From an uncultured Anaerolineales bacterium (lineage in GTDB: Bacteria > Chloroflexota > Anaerolineae > B4-G1 > SLSP01), in the NCBI GenBank assembly GCA_964504195.1, contig CAZDDI010000004.1:23328-87327 (forward strand): a stretch of DNA of 64,000 bases. The letters are read 5' to 3'. Of the stretch, positions 38,168 to 49,363 are shown piece by piece. Made by a program: the position numbers and the translations under genes. Under the pieces are notes generated by a model, which made no database searches, had not been told where the DNA came from, and saw nothing but the letters and a program-made list of their open reading frames with translations. The first letter of the stretch is position 1. Each line of letters opens with the position of its first letter.

Positions 38168-40852
38168 ATGCAAGCATCAGGAGACTGCACACAATCTATG
38201 GAAGCATGTGCTATCTATCAAGCTGCCCTGCACGCCATTGAAGCGTTGCTCGCTACCCCGCTGAGCAGCGCTGGCTGGAATATACAGGCCGAAACGCTCA
38301 CGCTAGAGCCTTGCACCGGCGACCTTTTCGCGGATGCGGCACTACAAGAGAACCTCACCCGCGCGTTGCCCACACACTTCGCCATCACCGCCCCCACGCT
38401 CCTGCCAGCGGCCCAGTTCGCACCGGAGCTGGACGCACAATTTCTACTCCTGCCAGCGACCATCGCCCCCACGTCGCTGACCCTTAAAGGGTTTATTATC
38501 AGCCTGCCCTCGGCAAACACCCTCACCACGCATCAACAGGCCGGGCTAGAGAGCATCCTCCAGCTCTCACACAGCGCGCTCAAAGGAATCCACAGCCTGG
38601 CACAATCCTATCGCCGCCAGGAGCGTCTGGAAGCAATCGCCACCGTAGGCCGCGACGCCACGGCTTACCTCAACCCAGAAGAACTGCTGGAGCACGTTAC
38701 CCACCTCATCAGCAAACATCTGGGCTTCTATCATGTCGGGATTTTCTTGATGGATTCAGAACAACAATACGCCGTACTCAAGGCGACCAACAGCCCGGAA
38801 GGGCGTGCCCTGCTCGCGCTGCATCACAAGTTGAAGGTGGGCGAGCAAGGGATTGTTGGCTATGTCACCGGCTCCGGCGAACCGCGCATCACACTAGAAG
38901 TAGGTAGCGATAGGCAACACTTTGCCAACCCGCTGCTCCCTGCCACCCGCGCCGAAATCACCCTCCCCATGCGCCATCGCGGACAAGTCATCGGCGCTCT
39001 GGATGTGCAATCCACCCAGCCGGATACATTTACTCAGGATGATTTTACCGCCCTGCAAATCATGGCCGACCAGCTAACCCATGCCCTGGTCAATGCACGC
39101 CTCTACAAGGCCGCGCAACGACGGCTTCAGGACACCCACTTGTTGCGCGAGTTGATGTTGCGCGCTTCGGCGCTTACCCGACGCGATGTGCTAACGCTGG
39201 CGCAAGCCTTCCTCAAGGACGCTCTCCCCTATCCACAACAGGCCTTCCTATGTAAAAAAGGGGACCACCTCCAGCCTCTCGAAGGCTCAAAATGGCTGTC
39301 AGACAGCCTCCCCCTGACGGCGGCCCCCTGGAATACAGTGTGGGCTGGCGAGAGTTACTGGAATTCTCCGCCGCCCGATATGCCTGAGTTTACCCCTCCC
39401 GCATGCACCCTGGCAGCTGTTCCAATCCAGGAACGCGGGGAGACCCAGCTGCTCTTTGCGGTCGCCTCACCAGAAGAAGGCACTAATCGCCAGTATGAAG
39501 TACGCTTCCTGGAAGCGTTAGCCACAGAACTGGGGGTATTGCTACAAAATGCCCGGCTCTATGAAACCATCAGCGCGCGCGCCGAGATGCTCCAACGGCT
39601 GATGCAAACGGGTGCGCACATTGCCGCCAACCGCGAAGTCAACACCATTCTCGATTGGCTCATCCAGGCTATCAACGCCGAAATCCCTGGAAGATTGGAG
39701 ATCGCCTTACTACGCGACGAAACGCGCCTGGAATGGATTACAGCCGCCCCGGACGCCTGCACCACGAGTGAGGCCAATGGGCTTGCCGCACAACTACGCG
39801 GATTGACACCCCACCTGATCCAGCCCGAGGCACGGGCCACCCTACTGGAAAAGTTACCCCAACTAGGCGACTATATTATGGCCCTACCACAACAGCCCCT
39901 CTTCTTCCAACCGTTGCAAACGCCGGAGCGCGTGGTGGGGCTACTTTTGCTCAACATCGAACGCTTACCGAAAGCCGATATGCAGGAACGGTTGGCCGCT
40001 GTCCAAATTCTGGCAAATCAAACCGCGCTGGCTCTCGCCAACGCACAATTGGTATCCCGCTTATGCACACAGGCGGAGGAGCTCACCCTGGCCTACGAAG
40101 AAGCGTACCAGCTCAACGAAATCCGCACGCAGATGGTGCAGAACGTCAGCCACGAGCTGCGCACCCCGCTGGGCATCATCCTGGGCTACAGCGAGATGTT
40201 ACTCGAGGGCGCGCTCGGCGACCTGGCCCCCCCCCAACGCAACATCATCTACACTATTTACGCACGCGCACGCAGTCTCAATCGCCTGATTCACAACCTC
40301 ACCACGCTTCAGGGCCATATCGAACTAGGGCCGCCCACGCAAGTAACGCTACAACACCTGGTACCACAGGTCATCGCAGAATTTGAGGAAATGGCTGAGC
40401 GCCAACACATCCTCTTCCACCTGGACATTCCCGACAACCTCCCCACGCTCTCTGGGGATAGCGAACTGTTGCACCTGGCGCTCAGCCACTTGATTGAAAA
40501 CGCCATCAAATTCAGCCCCGATAAAGGTATCGTAATGATTCGGGCGTTGGATGATATGGATTGGGTCTGCCTTTCGGTTATTGATCAAGGAATTGGCATC
40601 GCATCGGAGCATCTCCAATTGATTTTCGAGCGGTTCTATCAAGTGGATGGTTCAACCCGGCGACGTTATGGCGGCATGGGACTAGGATTGTCGCTAGTAA
40701 TGGAAATTGTACATGCGCATGGCGGATCAATCGAAGTCGCAAGTGTTCCGGGAGTAGGCAGCACATTCACCCTCCAACTACCGTTGCAGCAAAAACCAAA
40801 GCCCGATGAAACGCTTACGCCTTGCGCTCCGTACACTAAATCAGAGGATTAA
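38168..40852 (+). CDS. Multi-GAF sensor histidine kinase
   Basis: HisKA H-box VSHELRTPL; HATPase_c N/G boxes (ENAIKFS, GGMGLGLS); GAF-like regions. Confidence 0.8.
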   Translation: MQASGDCTQSMEACAIYQAALHAIEALLATPLSSAGWNIQAETLTLEPCTGDLFADAALQENLTRALPTHFAITAPTLLPAAQFAPELDAQFLLLPATIAPTSLTLKGFIISLPSANTLTTHQQAGLESILQLSHSALKGIHSLAQSYRRQERLEAIATVGRDATAYLNPEELLEHVTHLISKHLGFYHVGIFLMDSEQQYAVLKATNSPEGRALLALHHKLKVGEQGIVGYVTGSGEPRITLEVGSDRQHFANPLLPATRAEITLPMRHRGQVIGALDVQSTQPDTFTQDDFTALQIMADQLTHALVNARLYKAAQRRLQDTHLLRELMLRASALTRRDVLTLAQAFLKDALPYPQQAFLCKKGDHLQPLEGSKWLSDSLPLTAAPWNTVWAGESYWNSPPPDMPEFTPPACTLAAVPIQERGETQLLFAVASPEEGTNRQYEVRFLEALATELGVLLQNARLYETISARAEMLQRLMQTGAHIAANREVNTILDWLIQAINAEIPGRLEIALLRDETRLEWITAAPDACTTSEANGLAAQLRGLTPHLIQPEARATLLEKLPQLGDYIMALPQQPLFFQPLQTPERVVGLLLLNIERLPKADMQERLAAVQILANQTALALANAQLVSRLCTQAEELTLAYEEAYQLNEIRTQMVQNVSHELRTPLGIILGYSEMLLEGALGDLAPPQRNIIYTIYARARSLNRLIHNLTTLQGHIELGPPTQVTLQHLVPQVIAEFEEMAERQHILFHLDIPDNLPTLSGDSELLHLALSHLIENAIKFSPDKGIVMIRALDDMDWVCLSVIDQGIGIASEHLQLIFERFYQVDGSTRRRYGGMGLGLSLVMEIVHAHGGSIEVASVPGVGSTFTLQLPLQQKPKPDETLTPCAPYTKSED

Positions 40853-40855
40853 TCC

Positions 40856-41494
40856 ATGAAGAAACGCTTTATCGCGATTGCTGGCAATATCGGGGCGGGG
40901 AAATCCACCCTCACCGCGTTGCTTAGCCAACGCCTAGGCTGGGAACCGTTCCTGGAGGGGGTCACAGACAACCCCTACCTGGCGGATTTCTACACCGATA
41001 TGGAACGGTGGAGCTTTCACTCGCAGGTGTTCTTCCTGGCACGCCGGTTATTACACCACCGCCAACTGTTGGAGCGACCCAACTCCGTCATCCAGGATCG
41101 CACAGTGTACGAGGATGCAGAAATTTTCGCCCGCAATCTTTACCTGCAAGGGGCACTGCAAGAGCGCGATTATCACACCTATCACGATCTCTATATTGCT
41201 GTAACCACTATCCTGCCGCCACCTGATCTGGTCATCTACCTACAGGCATCCGTCAGCAAGCTCTGCGAACGCATCCAACAACGGGGCCGCCCCTACGAGC
41301 GCCAAATCACAGAGGATTACCTAACGCGCCTGAACGGGCTATACGAGGATTGGTTCGAGCATTTCGCGCTATGTCCCATCCTCACCGTGCCTGCCGACCG
41401 GCTCGATTTCGTCTCCAACGGCGATCACCTTTCTCTAATTATCGAGAAAGTGTTAGAACGCTTGCAGGGCAAAGAACTCGTATCGTTCGATTGA
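40856..41494 (+). CDS. Deoxynucleoside kinase (dAK/dGK-like), second paralog
   Basis: GNIGAGKST P-loop, dNK fold motifs. Confidence 0.75.
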   Translation: MKKRFIAIAGNIGAGKSTLTALLSQRLGWEPFLEGVTDNPYLADFYTDMERWSFHSQVFFLARRLLHHRQLLERPNSVIQDRTVYEDAEIFARNLYLQGALQERDYHTYHDLYIAVTTILPPPDLVIYLQASVSKLCERIQQRGRPYERQITEDYLTRLNGLYEDWFEHFALCPILTVPADRLDFVSNGDHLSLIIEKVLERLQGKELVSFD

Positions 41495-41555
41495 CACCAA
41501 GCAGCTACAAGCAGCCTTCACAAAATACGGTTGACTGAGTTGAAGAGGAAAAAAC

Positions 41556-44246
41556 ATGCCAGACACGCCTAATCACGATGCACGTCCCACCAGGACGCCA
41601 AGCACACACAACTACACTACCCAATGGGTACGCGACAACCTGCCGGGGGCCGTGCTGGTGCTAAGTCTCTACTATGGCGGATTAGCCTTTAGCCACCAAT
41701 TCTTGTTACCTGCCCCCATCGCCCCCGCCGTGGCCCTGCTAGCGACGGCCACCGCAGCGCTCCTGCTGGTGCTCTGGCTCGCTCTGCGAAGCTACTGGCA
41801 CCCCCCCCTCCACCTGGTGTACCCCCTCACCGCTGGCATCGCCGGCCTGGCTTTGCTTAACAGCCTGATCCTCCTCCATCTCACTGGTGAGCCACAGCAA
41901 ACCACCAACCTCATGTTGATCGTCATCGGCGCTGGTTTCTTGTTCCTTTCCACCCGCTGGTTTGTACTGGTGCTGATCGCCACCTGCATCGGCTGGGGGC
42001 TGATTCTGTGGCAGTTGGCCCCACCCCTGGCAGCGTGGCGACACTTCGGCTTCGCGCTATTTGCGACGATGATTATCACCAGCATCGTACATCGCGCGCG
42101 TATTCGCATGGTGAGCAATTTGGAAGACTTGCGGCAACAAGAACTCCAGCAAACGCACGCACTCGAAAAGGCCCTCACTCTGACACAAAAAGCCCAGTGG
42201 GTGCAGGAGAACCTGACCGCGACAGCCCACGCGCTCGCCAGTACTCTCGATCTGGAACAGGTGCTCAAGCTGATGCTAACACACCTGGCCCAGACTGTAC
42301 CCTGCGATAACGTAACGGTCTATCTATTGGAAGGCGATCACCTCTATCCGCAGGCCTGGCACAGCACCCTCACCCAGTCTGTAGCCCCAGTAGCCCTCAC
42401 GGTCAGTAGCCCCACGCTGCTGGGACATGTGTTCCGGGCGCGCGCGCCGCTCGCGCTCAACGATGTCACCCAACACCCTCACTGGCACCCCCAAGAGGCC
42501 GAACTGCCCTTGCGCAGTTGGATTGGAATGCCGCTCATAGCGGCTGAAAGATCCGTGGGCCTGTTGACCCTGGGCAGTTGCCAGCTCCAGGCATACCAAG
42601 AACAGGATCTCCAGTGGGTACACGCCTTCGCCGATTACGCTGCCGCCGCCGTCCATAACGCAGCCCTGGCAACGCGCACGCGCAACACGCTCGAACGCCT
42701 GGCGTTCCTCTACGCGGCGGCGCGCACGCTGGCAACCACGCTCAACACCCAGGACATTCTGGAAATGCTCATGGATCTGCCCCACAAACGCTTCCATCCG
42801 GATGCTGTCTCAGTCACGACGGTTGAGCCAGACGGCACGCTCGTGTTTCGCGCCGCCTCTGGTGTATCCGCCGATCAGATCATTGGGATGCGGTTGCCGC
42901 CGGAAACGGGGGTGCTGGGCTGGGTGGCTACCCACGGGGAGCAACTCTGGATCCCCAACGTGCAGGAAGATGGCCGTTTTTACACGGGCGTGGATAGTAA
43001 GACCGGCTTTGTCACGCGCGCTATCTATGCTGTCCCCATCCGCGCCGGGCAAGAAACCATCGCTATCCTAGAGCTAATCAATCCCTCCGATGAAGTCAAC
43101 TTCGCAGATACCCAAGACCTGCTCACCGCCCTGGCAGCCCTGGCCGCGCCTGCCATCCGCAACACCCAGCTTTTCGAGCAGATTCGCCAGGCGGAAGAGC
43201 GCTACCAGCAGTTATTCGATCAAAACCTCGATCCCATCATTATCCTCAATCACAGCGGGAATATACTTGAGGCCAATCATGCCGCACAGCGCCTGCTCGA
43301 TCTACCGGATGACTGCCAACGCTGCGATGGCCTGCGTATCCTCAACCTCACACCAGAGCGGTTCGCGATCCTCAAGCAAGAGTTGAAAACGCAACCAGTA
43401 TTGAGCTGGGAAGATCAGTTCACCAATGGGCAACGCATGCAACGCACGTTCACAGTATACCTTTCGTGCCTGCAACACTACACCCCCGACCAGACCTACC
43501 TCTGGCTCGGCCACGACATCACCGACCGGGTGGCCCTGGAAACGACCCGCCAACAACTCGCCAACATGATCGTCCACGATCTGCGCAACCCGCTGAACAG
43601 TATCCTCAACGGGCTGGAATTGATCCACAACGCCTGGCGGGAGCATGACCTCACGCTGCCGATGGAACAGCTCCTCCAGATCAGCCTGCGCAATGCCCAC
43701 CGCATGGAGCGACTCATCGGCACCATTCTGGATACCGCACACTTGAGCTCCGGCGAAAAGCGGCTGACCGTAGAAAGCGTGGATTTGCGCGAACTAACCG
43801 CTGAAGCTACCGAAAGCGCACAACCCGCCGCTACCCAACGCCGCCAAACGCTCACCTGCGCCCTCCCGACCAGTATCCCCCTCACCCTGGGCGATGAAGA
43901 TGTGCTACGCCGGGTCATCGCCAACCTGCTCGATAATGCCATCAAGTTTACACCGCCCGGTGGTGCCATCCACATCACATTGGAGTATGATACCACCGAG
44001 TTCCACGTAAACGTGACCGATTCCGGCCCGGGCATTTCCCCAGAAGAACAAGCGCGCATCTTCGAACCGTTTGTGCGCGGCGATAGTGCGCTTACCAAGC
44101 GCATCACCGGTGCCGGGCTAGGGCTTGCTTTCTGCAAGCTTGCCGTCGAAGCCCACGGCGGACGCATCTGGGTGACGAGCACACCCGACGCTGGGGCGAC
44201 ATTCAGTATTGCGCTGCCCTATCGCCGCCCAGAGGCAATGGCATGA
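41556..44246 (+). CDS. Membrane-bound GAF/PAS sensor histidine kinase
   Basis: N-terminal TM block, GAF, PAS, H-box VHDLRNPL, HATPase_c (DNAIKFT, GAGLGLAF). Confidence 0.8.
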   Translation: MPDTPNHDARPTRTPSTHNYTTQWVRDNLPGAVLVLSLYYGGLAFSHQFLLPAPIAPAVALLATATAALLLVLWLALRSYWHPPLHLVYPLTAGIAGLALLNSLILLHLTGEPQQTTNLMLIVIGAGFLFLSTRWFVLVLIATCIGWGLILWQLAPPLAAWRHFGFALFATMIITSIVHRARIRMVSNLEDLRQQELQQTHALEKALTLTQKAQWVQENLTATAHALASTLDLEQVLKLMLTHLAQTVPCDNVTVYLLEGDHLYPQAWHSTLTQSVAPVALTVSSPTLLGHVFRARAPLALNDVTQHPHWHPQEAELPLRSWIGMPLIAAERSVGLLTLGSCQLQAYQEQDLQWVHAFADYAAAAVHNAALATRTRNTLERLAFLYAAARTLATTLNTQDILEMLMDLPHKRFHPDAVSVTTVEPDGTLVFRAASGVSADQIIGMRLPPETGVLGWVATHGEQLWIPNVQEDGRFYTGVDSKTGFVTRAIYAVPIRAGQETIAILELINPSDEVNFADTQDLLTALAALAAPAIRNTQLFEQIRQAEERYQQLFDQNLDPIIILNHSGNILEANHAAQRLLDLPDDCQRCDGLRILNLTPERFAILKQELKTQPVLSWEDQFTNGQRMQRTFTVYLSCLQHYTPDQTYLWLGHDITDRVALETTRQQLANMIVHDLRNPLNSILNGLELIHNAWREHDLTLPMEQLLQISLRNAHRMERLIGTILDTAHLSSGEKRLTVESVDLRELTAEATESAQPAATQRRQTLTCALPTSIPLTLGDEDVLRRVIANLLDNAIKFTPPGGAIHITLEYDTTEFHVNVTDSGPGISPEEQARIFEPFVRGDSALTKRITGAGLGLAFCKLAVEAHGGRIWVTSTPDAGATFSIALPYRRPEAMA

Positions 44247-45439
44247 CCCGCAAACTTTACTATGAAGATGGCACCCTGCACGACTTCACTGCCCGCGTTC
44301 TAGAAATACGCGCAAGCGAACCGGAGCCAGCAGTGCGGCTCGATCAAACCGCCTTCTATCCCACCGGCGGCGGGCAACCGCATGATATGGGCACGCTGAA
44401 CGCAATACCAGTGGTAGATGTCTGGGAAGAAGCTGGGACAGTGTGGCACCGGCTCGCGCAGCCACTACCAGAAGGCGCAACCGTAAACGGCGTGCTCGAT
44501 GGGGAACGCCGCCGCGATCACACCCAACAACACACCGGGCAACACTTGCTCTCCACAGCCTGCTTGCGACACCTCCAGGCAAAGACCGTCGGTTTCCACT
44601 TGGGGGCGGAGGTTGTCACCATTGATCTGGACGTGGCGGTGCTGGAATGGGAAACTGTCTACGCCATCGAGGACGAGGTCAACCGCATTATCTGGGAAAA
44701 CCGCCCGGTAACGGCCCAATGGATCGAGGCGGATGCTCCAGACGTCCCCGCGCTCCGCAAGCCACCTCCCACCATCTCCGGGCCATTGCGCGTGATTACC
44801 GTGGCCGGTTACGATGCGAATGCTTGCAGCGGAACACACGTCACCCACACGGGCGAAATCGGCCTGCTCAAAGTGATCGGCATCGAGCGCTACAAAGGTG
44901 GGGGACGGGTGACGTTTTTGTGCGGCAGACGCGCACTACGGGATTATCAGCGCGGGCTGGCACTACTACACGCCGTGAGCAGCACACTCACGGTAGGCCA
45001 ACCAGATCTGCCCGCCACCGTAGAACGGCTCCAGACAGAAGTCCAAGCCACACGGCGAGCGTTACGTCAGGCCGAAGCGCGGCTGCACACTTACGAAGCC
45101 CACCAGCTCTGGGAAAACGCACCCGTAGAGGCTGGCATCAAGCATGTGTGTGCCCACTGGCCCGCGCGCTCCTTCGAGGAAGCCCGCGCGCTGGCCGTGT
45201 ACTTGCGCGAACAACCGCACACGCTCATCGCGCTGGCAACTGGCACCGGTGCGACCACCCGGCTACTCTGCGCGCGCAGCGATGACCTGCCCGGTGTAGA
45301 TGCAGTGGCCCTACTGCGCACAATCATCACCCCGCTGGAAGGGCGCGGTGGCGGAGCACCCACGCTCGCGCAAGGTAGCCTTCCCCGCGCACCAGAAAGC
45401 TTGTCGGAGCTATTGCAAAACGTGCTACGTGAAGTGTGA
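44243..45439 (+). CDS. alaX: AlaX-type alanyl-tRNA editing protein (AlaX-L-like)
   Basis: HTGQHLLS ... CSGTHV zinc-binding motifs; start overlaps HK stop (ATGA). Confidence 0.75.
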   Translation: MTRKLYYEDGTLHDFTARVLEIRASEPEPAVRLDQTAFYPTGGGQPHDMGTLNAIPVVDVWEEAGTVWHRLAQPLPEGATVNGVLDGERRRDHTQQHTGQHLLSTACLRHLQAKTVGFHLGAEVVTIDLDVAVLEWETVYAIEDEVNRIIWENRPVTAQWIEADAPDVPALRKPPPTISGPLRVITVAGYDANACSGTHVTHTGEIGLLKVIGIERYKGGGRVTFLCGRRALRDYQRGLALLHAVSSTLTVGQPDLPATVERLQTEVQATRRALRQAEARLHTYEAHQLWENAPVEAGIKHVCAHWPARSFEEARALAVYLREQPHTLIALATGTGATTRLLCARSDDLPGVDAVALLRTIITPLEGRGGGAPTLAQGSLPRAPESLSELLQNVLREV

Positions 45440-45505
45440 AGCTGGTTACAGGATGTTATCAACGCTTTTTCGCTGACTTGTTGATTTTGAAGGAGAACAC
45501 ATACC

Positions 45506-46429
45506 ATGCAAGAAATCGCCCCTGGCATTTTTATTGAACAACGCTACCCGCCCTATACATTGGGGCTGATCCAAACAGACTATGGAGCGCTGGCAGTGGA
45601 TATTCCCCCACACCCCGAAGAGGCGCTTCGCTGGCAGGAAGAAGCCGAGCAGGTCGTTGGGCCGTTACGCTACGCCGTCCTCACCGATGCACAGCCCGAA
45701 CGCCTATTCGCGGCTACCCATTGGCGAGTGCCGCTCATCGCAGGCGAAGGTTTCGCCCGTCGCCTCAAGACCTTCGACGAGCGCGGGTGGCAGGAGTTTA
45801 TGTTAGCAATGGCCCAACGCTATCCCGGCCAAGACCCGCCACTACTGGGACGCAAACCGCGCCGCCCCACACTTGGCGTACATCAACGCTTTGCGCTCCA
45901 TTACCGCCCCCTGCCACTGGAATTCTTCGGCGTTGAGGGCTGCGGCCCAGCGGCACTGTGGCTTTACCTGCCCGATGAGGGGCTTCTCTTTGCTGGTGAC
46001 ACAGTTGTGCTTGATGAACCGCCTCCATTAGAGCACACACCCGACTCACGGAACCTGCTTAACACGCTGGGGAACCTGGCCGGGCGCACGACCGTGCAAC
46101 GGATTGTTCCCGGACGCGGCCCGGCAGTCGTCGGGCGGGGAGAGTTGGAACCGTTACGCGAATACCTGCGCGTGGCGCGACGCACAGCACGGACACTCGC
46201 ACGCCACGCTAGCAGCGCCGACTTCCAGAACACCGCGCAAGACCTCCAGCAGGCATTCTTTGCCGAGCGCCCCCAGACAATCCAACGCGTCCGCCTGGGA
46301 CTGGAACGCCTCGCGGCAGAAGTGATAGAAGCAACCGCAGCAGCCGAAGCAGCAAAAGCATCAGCGGCAGAGGCAGAAGCAGAAGCGACGGCGGAGACGG
46401 CCACAGAAGAGGGTACAGTTGAAGGGTAA
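45506..46429 (+). CDS. MBL-fold-like protein with degenerate metal-binding motif; Ala/Glu-rich tail
   Basis: AVLTDAQPER in place of HxHxDH; low-complexity C-terminus. Confidence 0.5.
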   Translation: MQEIAPGIFIEQRYPPYTLGLIQTDYGALAVDIPPHPEEALRWQEEAEQVVGPLRYAVLTDAQPERLFAATHWRVPLIAGEGFARRLKTFDERGWQEFMLAMAQRYPGQDPPLLGRKPRRPTLGVHQRFALHYRPLPLEFFGVEGCGPAALWLYLPDEGLLFAGDTVVLDEPPPLEHTPDSRNLLNTLGNLAGRTTVQRIVPGRGPAVVGRGELEPLREYLRVARRTARTLARHASSADFQNTAQDLQQAFFAERPQTIQRVRLGLERLAAEVIEATAAAEAAKASAAEAEAEATAETATEEGTVEG

Positions 46430-46654
46430 GACTAAAAAGCCGTGACCGATATCCAAACTCGGCCACGGCCTTCTCAAACTATACTATCCGGAGTATTACA
46501 TCTAACCCAAGTTACTGCCTGTTCTCCAGAATTTTTATAGGACACGGATTTTACAGATAACCCCCCAAAAATCCGTGTCCTAACCTCTGAATCAGTCCAG
46601 TGGCAACATGTATTTTGCTCAACTCTCGATGCACTTATTTACTTTGAAGATGCA

Positions 46655-47542
46655 CTAGCTCACCACCACCAACCACACAGTACACCACAGCGCATTGGAG
46701 ATGGCAATCGTCGCGTTATCGGTAGAGCGAGGTGAAATCAACTCCAGAATCGTGGAACTGAGTGAAATTATCAACGCCAGCCACAGGTAATTGACCGGCA
46801 ATTGCGCGCCGGAAATGTGCAACGCGAGGCTGATCAACGAGAACGCAAAGACCGCCCCCGTTCCCAACCAGGATTTCCGGTTGATTTCCCCTAGCCCTTT
46901 GACCTTGATGGTATGCTTGCCCCACGTTCCACCGATGATTTCCCCGGCGGCATCGCCGATAACCTGCGGGTAGTAGATGAAATTGATCAGGGGTAGAATC
47001 AGCAGCTGTTCATTGCCGGCCAGGGGTAGCATCACCCAAATCCCCAACGCTGAGACCACGATGTACTGCACGCACAACCCCAACAACGCCACGACCAGAT
47101 TAAGCCGCCCGTAGACTCCATCGCGGATGCGCGCCAATCCGCCATAGAACAGGCCACCCAATCCTAGCACGCGCTCAGAGCGATAGGCAATCAGCAAAAA
47201 CCCCAGGTTGATGAACGATTGGATGATGATCGTAGGAACGATGAGAAAGAGGTCTTTGATTACCAGTTGTGTAATCATGATATAGAGCATCCCGCTCAGA
47301 ACGTGATGCCCCTTGCGACAGAATGAATCCACCCGGCGGATGTGAACTTCAGGATACTTTGCCAGCAGCGCCTGGAGATCGAACTCCTTGCGCGTGAAGA
47401 AAATCTGTCGCCGCTCCGCATCACTCAGCCCTAGCCGCTTGAGCCAGAACCATTTGAGCAGCGCCATAGAACCCTGGCTGAAAACCTGCACCGTAGAGAG
47501 CAACAGCAGGTAAGGCGCCCATTGCAAGGGGATGAGGTTCAT
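46655..47542 (-). CDS. CTP-dependent polyprenol (dolichol/phytol) kinase-family membrane protein
   Basis: GDAAGEIIGG...GKHTIKVKGL...KSWLGTG cytidylyltransferase-family signature. Confidence 0.6.
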   Translation of the reverse strand: MNLIPLQWAPYLLLLSTVQVFSQGSMALLKWFWLKRLGLSDAERRQIFFTRKEFDLQALLAKYPEVHIRRVDSFCRKGHHVLSGMLYIMITQLVIKDLFLIVPTIIIQSFINLGFLLIAYRSERVLGLGGLFYGGLARIRDGVYGRLNLVVALLGLCVQYIVVSALGIWVMLPLAGNEQLLILPLINFIYYPQVIGDAAGEIIGGTWGKHTIKVKGLGEINRKSWLGTGAVFAFSLISLALHISGAQLPVNYLWLALIISLSSTILELISPRSTDNATIAISNALWCTVWLVVVS

Positions 47543-47560
47543 CTTTCGAATCTTTAAGAG

Positions 47561-48316
47561 CTATGGCGCAAGAGTATGCAACATGAGATTGGGGATGGTT
47601 ACATGTTGATCATCATCGTGAAAAGTAAAAACTGATGCGCCTGGTTGCGCCGGTGGAAAGAGAAAAGTCCCATCCATCACAGTGAACTGCCCTTGATGTG
47701 CGGAACCACCTAGTTGTGCGGCACCGCCTGTCCCAATATGATCATACCGATGCCCTAAATTATCAATCAAATACATATTTCTGTTATATGTATCTGATTT
47801 TTTCCTGGCATCAGTTCCCGACAAGAAATTGACAGACCAGGTGACAGTAAACTCCATTTCACCAGATTCCCTGAGAATCACATATACCACGCACCAATTG
47901 ATATTGGCATGTGTGTCTGGGCCACTGATTTCGTAAGTGGCGCAAGCATCCTGCTGCGGATATGTTCCTGGCACTGCGGCGGATGGAGGTACCGCTGTAG
48001 GTGTGTGTGTCGCCATAGGTGTTGCTGTCCATACAGGTGTTGGAACCGGTGTGTTGGTAGGTGTTGCCGGCGGCACAGTGTTGGTAGGCGAGGGTGCTGG
48101 AGTATGCGTTGGCGCTGGCGTTATCGTGGCTGTTGCTGTAGCTGTTGGCAGTGGAGTGGAAGTCGCCGTAACGGTTGGTTCAGCCGTCGCGGTCAGTGTC
48201 GGCTGTGGTGTGTGCGTTTCAGTTGTAAGGCCGGTTGTGTTTGGTGTAGTACATGCTGCCAATAAAAAGACAAGCAAAATCCACAATAACTTCCCAGATT
48301 TCGGTGCTGAATACAT
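47561..48316 (-). CDS. Pro/Thr-rich secreted lipoprotein, C-terminal globular domain
   Basis: Lipobox LLAAC; long PT linker. Confidence 0.6.
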   Translation of the reverse strand: MYSAPKSGKLLWILLVFLLAACTTPNTTGLTTETHTPQPTLTATAEPTVTATSTPLPTATATATITPAPTHTPAPSPTNTVPPATPTNTPVPTPVWTATPMATHTPTAVPPSAAVPGTYPQQDACATYEISGPDTHANINWCVVYVILRESGEMEFTVTWSVNFLSGTDARKKSDTYNRNMYLIDNLGHRYDHIGTGGAAQLGGSAHQGQFTVMDGTFLFPPAQPGASVFTFHDDDQHVTIPNLMLHTLAP

Positions 48317-48537
48317 ATTTTTAGATATCTCCTATTTCAACTTGAAGGATATAGTAACATAATCAAGATTATTGTCAAATACATTGCGACTCGGAAGTTT
48401 TTTAACAAAGTTTTACAACCTTACTCTAACCACAAAGAGCATTCTGAATAGAAGCCACCATAACTTGACTAGAAAATATACCCCCCCCCCTTTGGAAAAT
48501 TCCCAAAACTACACTATACTGCAAGTATCCCGGCGCG

Positions 48538-48569
48538 CGTGAACCTTTGCGCTTGCACGCGCATGTAAC
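48538..48569 (+). promoter_or_regulatory. ECF-type promoter motif GCGTGAAC-N16-GCATGTAACC upstream of sigma factor gene (autoregulatory)
   Basis: Identical motif/spacing at 54757-54790. Confidence 0.5.
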
Positions 48570-48590
48570 CCTATAGAAAGGTAGCCCACT

Positions 48591-49295
48591 GTGGCGGCAT
48601 CACTCGAACACGGATCGCAACCACTTCTCCAACCGCTTTTGCGGCCGCTTCTGCGACGCTGGCTGGCAGCATTGCTCACGCACTGCCTCGACCTGGCCTG
48701 TCGCCTGGCCTGCTTCGTCACCGGCGATGCTGAGGCGCACCGGCAGGGCATCCCCACCGCAGAGCTCATCCGCCGCTTCCAGCACGGGCAACCCCGCGCC
48801 TTCGAACTGCTCTACGACCGCTACAAGGACTACGTCTACCGGGTCGCTTTCTTCATCACCCGCAACGTCTGCGAGGCGGAAGACGCCGTGCAGGAGACCT
48901 TCATGGATGTACACAAGGCGTTGCCCAACTACGATGTGGCCGGCCCGGCGCGCTTCGAGACCTGGCTGTACCGGGTCGCCGTGAACCGCTGCAAGATGCG
49001 GCTGCGGCGCAAACCCGTCCCCTCGGCGGAATGGGACGAGATCGAAGAGCAGTTGGAGCGCCTCCCGCTGCCCTCGGAAGAAGAACCCGAAAGCGCCGCG
49101 CTGCGCAAGGAACGCGCCCTGGCGCTTTGGCAATCGGTAGATGCGCTGCCGCAGGAGCACCGGGATGTAATCATCCTGCGCTACCAGCAAGACCTTTCGT
49201 ATGACGAAATCGCCCAGGTATTGGGTGTTTCACTGGGAACGGTGAAATCCCGACTCTTCAACGCCCATCGCAAACTTAAAGGGGCATTAACGTAA
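48591..49295 (+). CDS. ECF (sigma-70 family, sigma-24-like) RNA polymerase sigma factor
   Basis: Region 2 (YRVAFFITRN...EDAVQETF) and region 4 (LSYDEIAQVLGVSLGTVKSRL); GTG start. Confidence 0.8.
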   Translation: MAASLEHGSQPLLQPLLRPLLRRWLAALLTHCLDLACRLACFVTGDAEAHRQGIPTAELIRRFQHGQPRAFELLYDRYKDYVYRVAFFITRNVCEAEDAVQETFMDVHKALPNYDVAGPARFETWLYRVAVNRCKMRLRRKPVPSAEWDEIEEQLERLPLPSEEEPESAALRKERALALWQSVDALPQEHRDVIILRYQQDLSYDEIAQVLGVSLGTVKSRLFNAHRKLKGALT

Positions 49296-49337
49296 TGCGT
49301 ACTGCGTAATCCGGAATTTTACGCAGTACGCATTACG
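49291..49337. repeat. Palindromic hairpin element (copy 2) overlapping the sigma stop codon, between sigma and anti-sigma genes
   Basis: cgtaatgcgtactgcgtaat-ccggaatt-ttacgcagtacgcattacg. Confidence 0.6.
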
Positions 49338-49363
49338 CAGTATTATCTTGTGCATAGATCACA

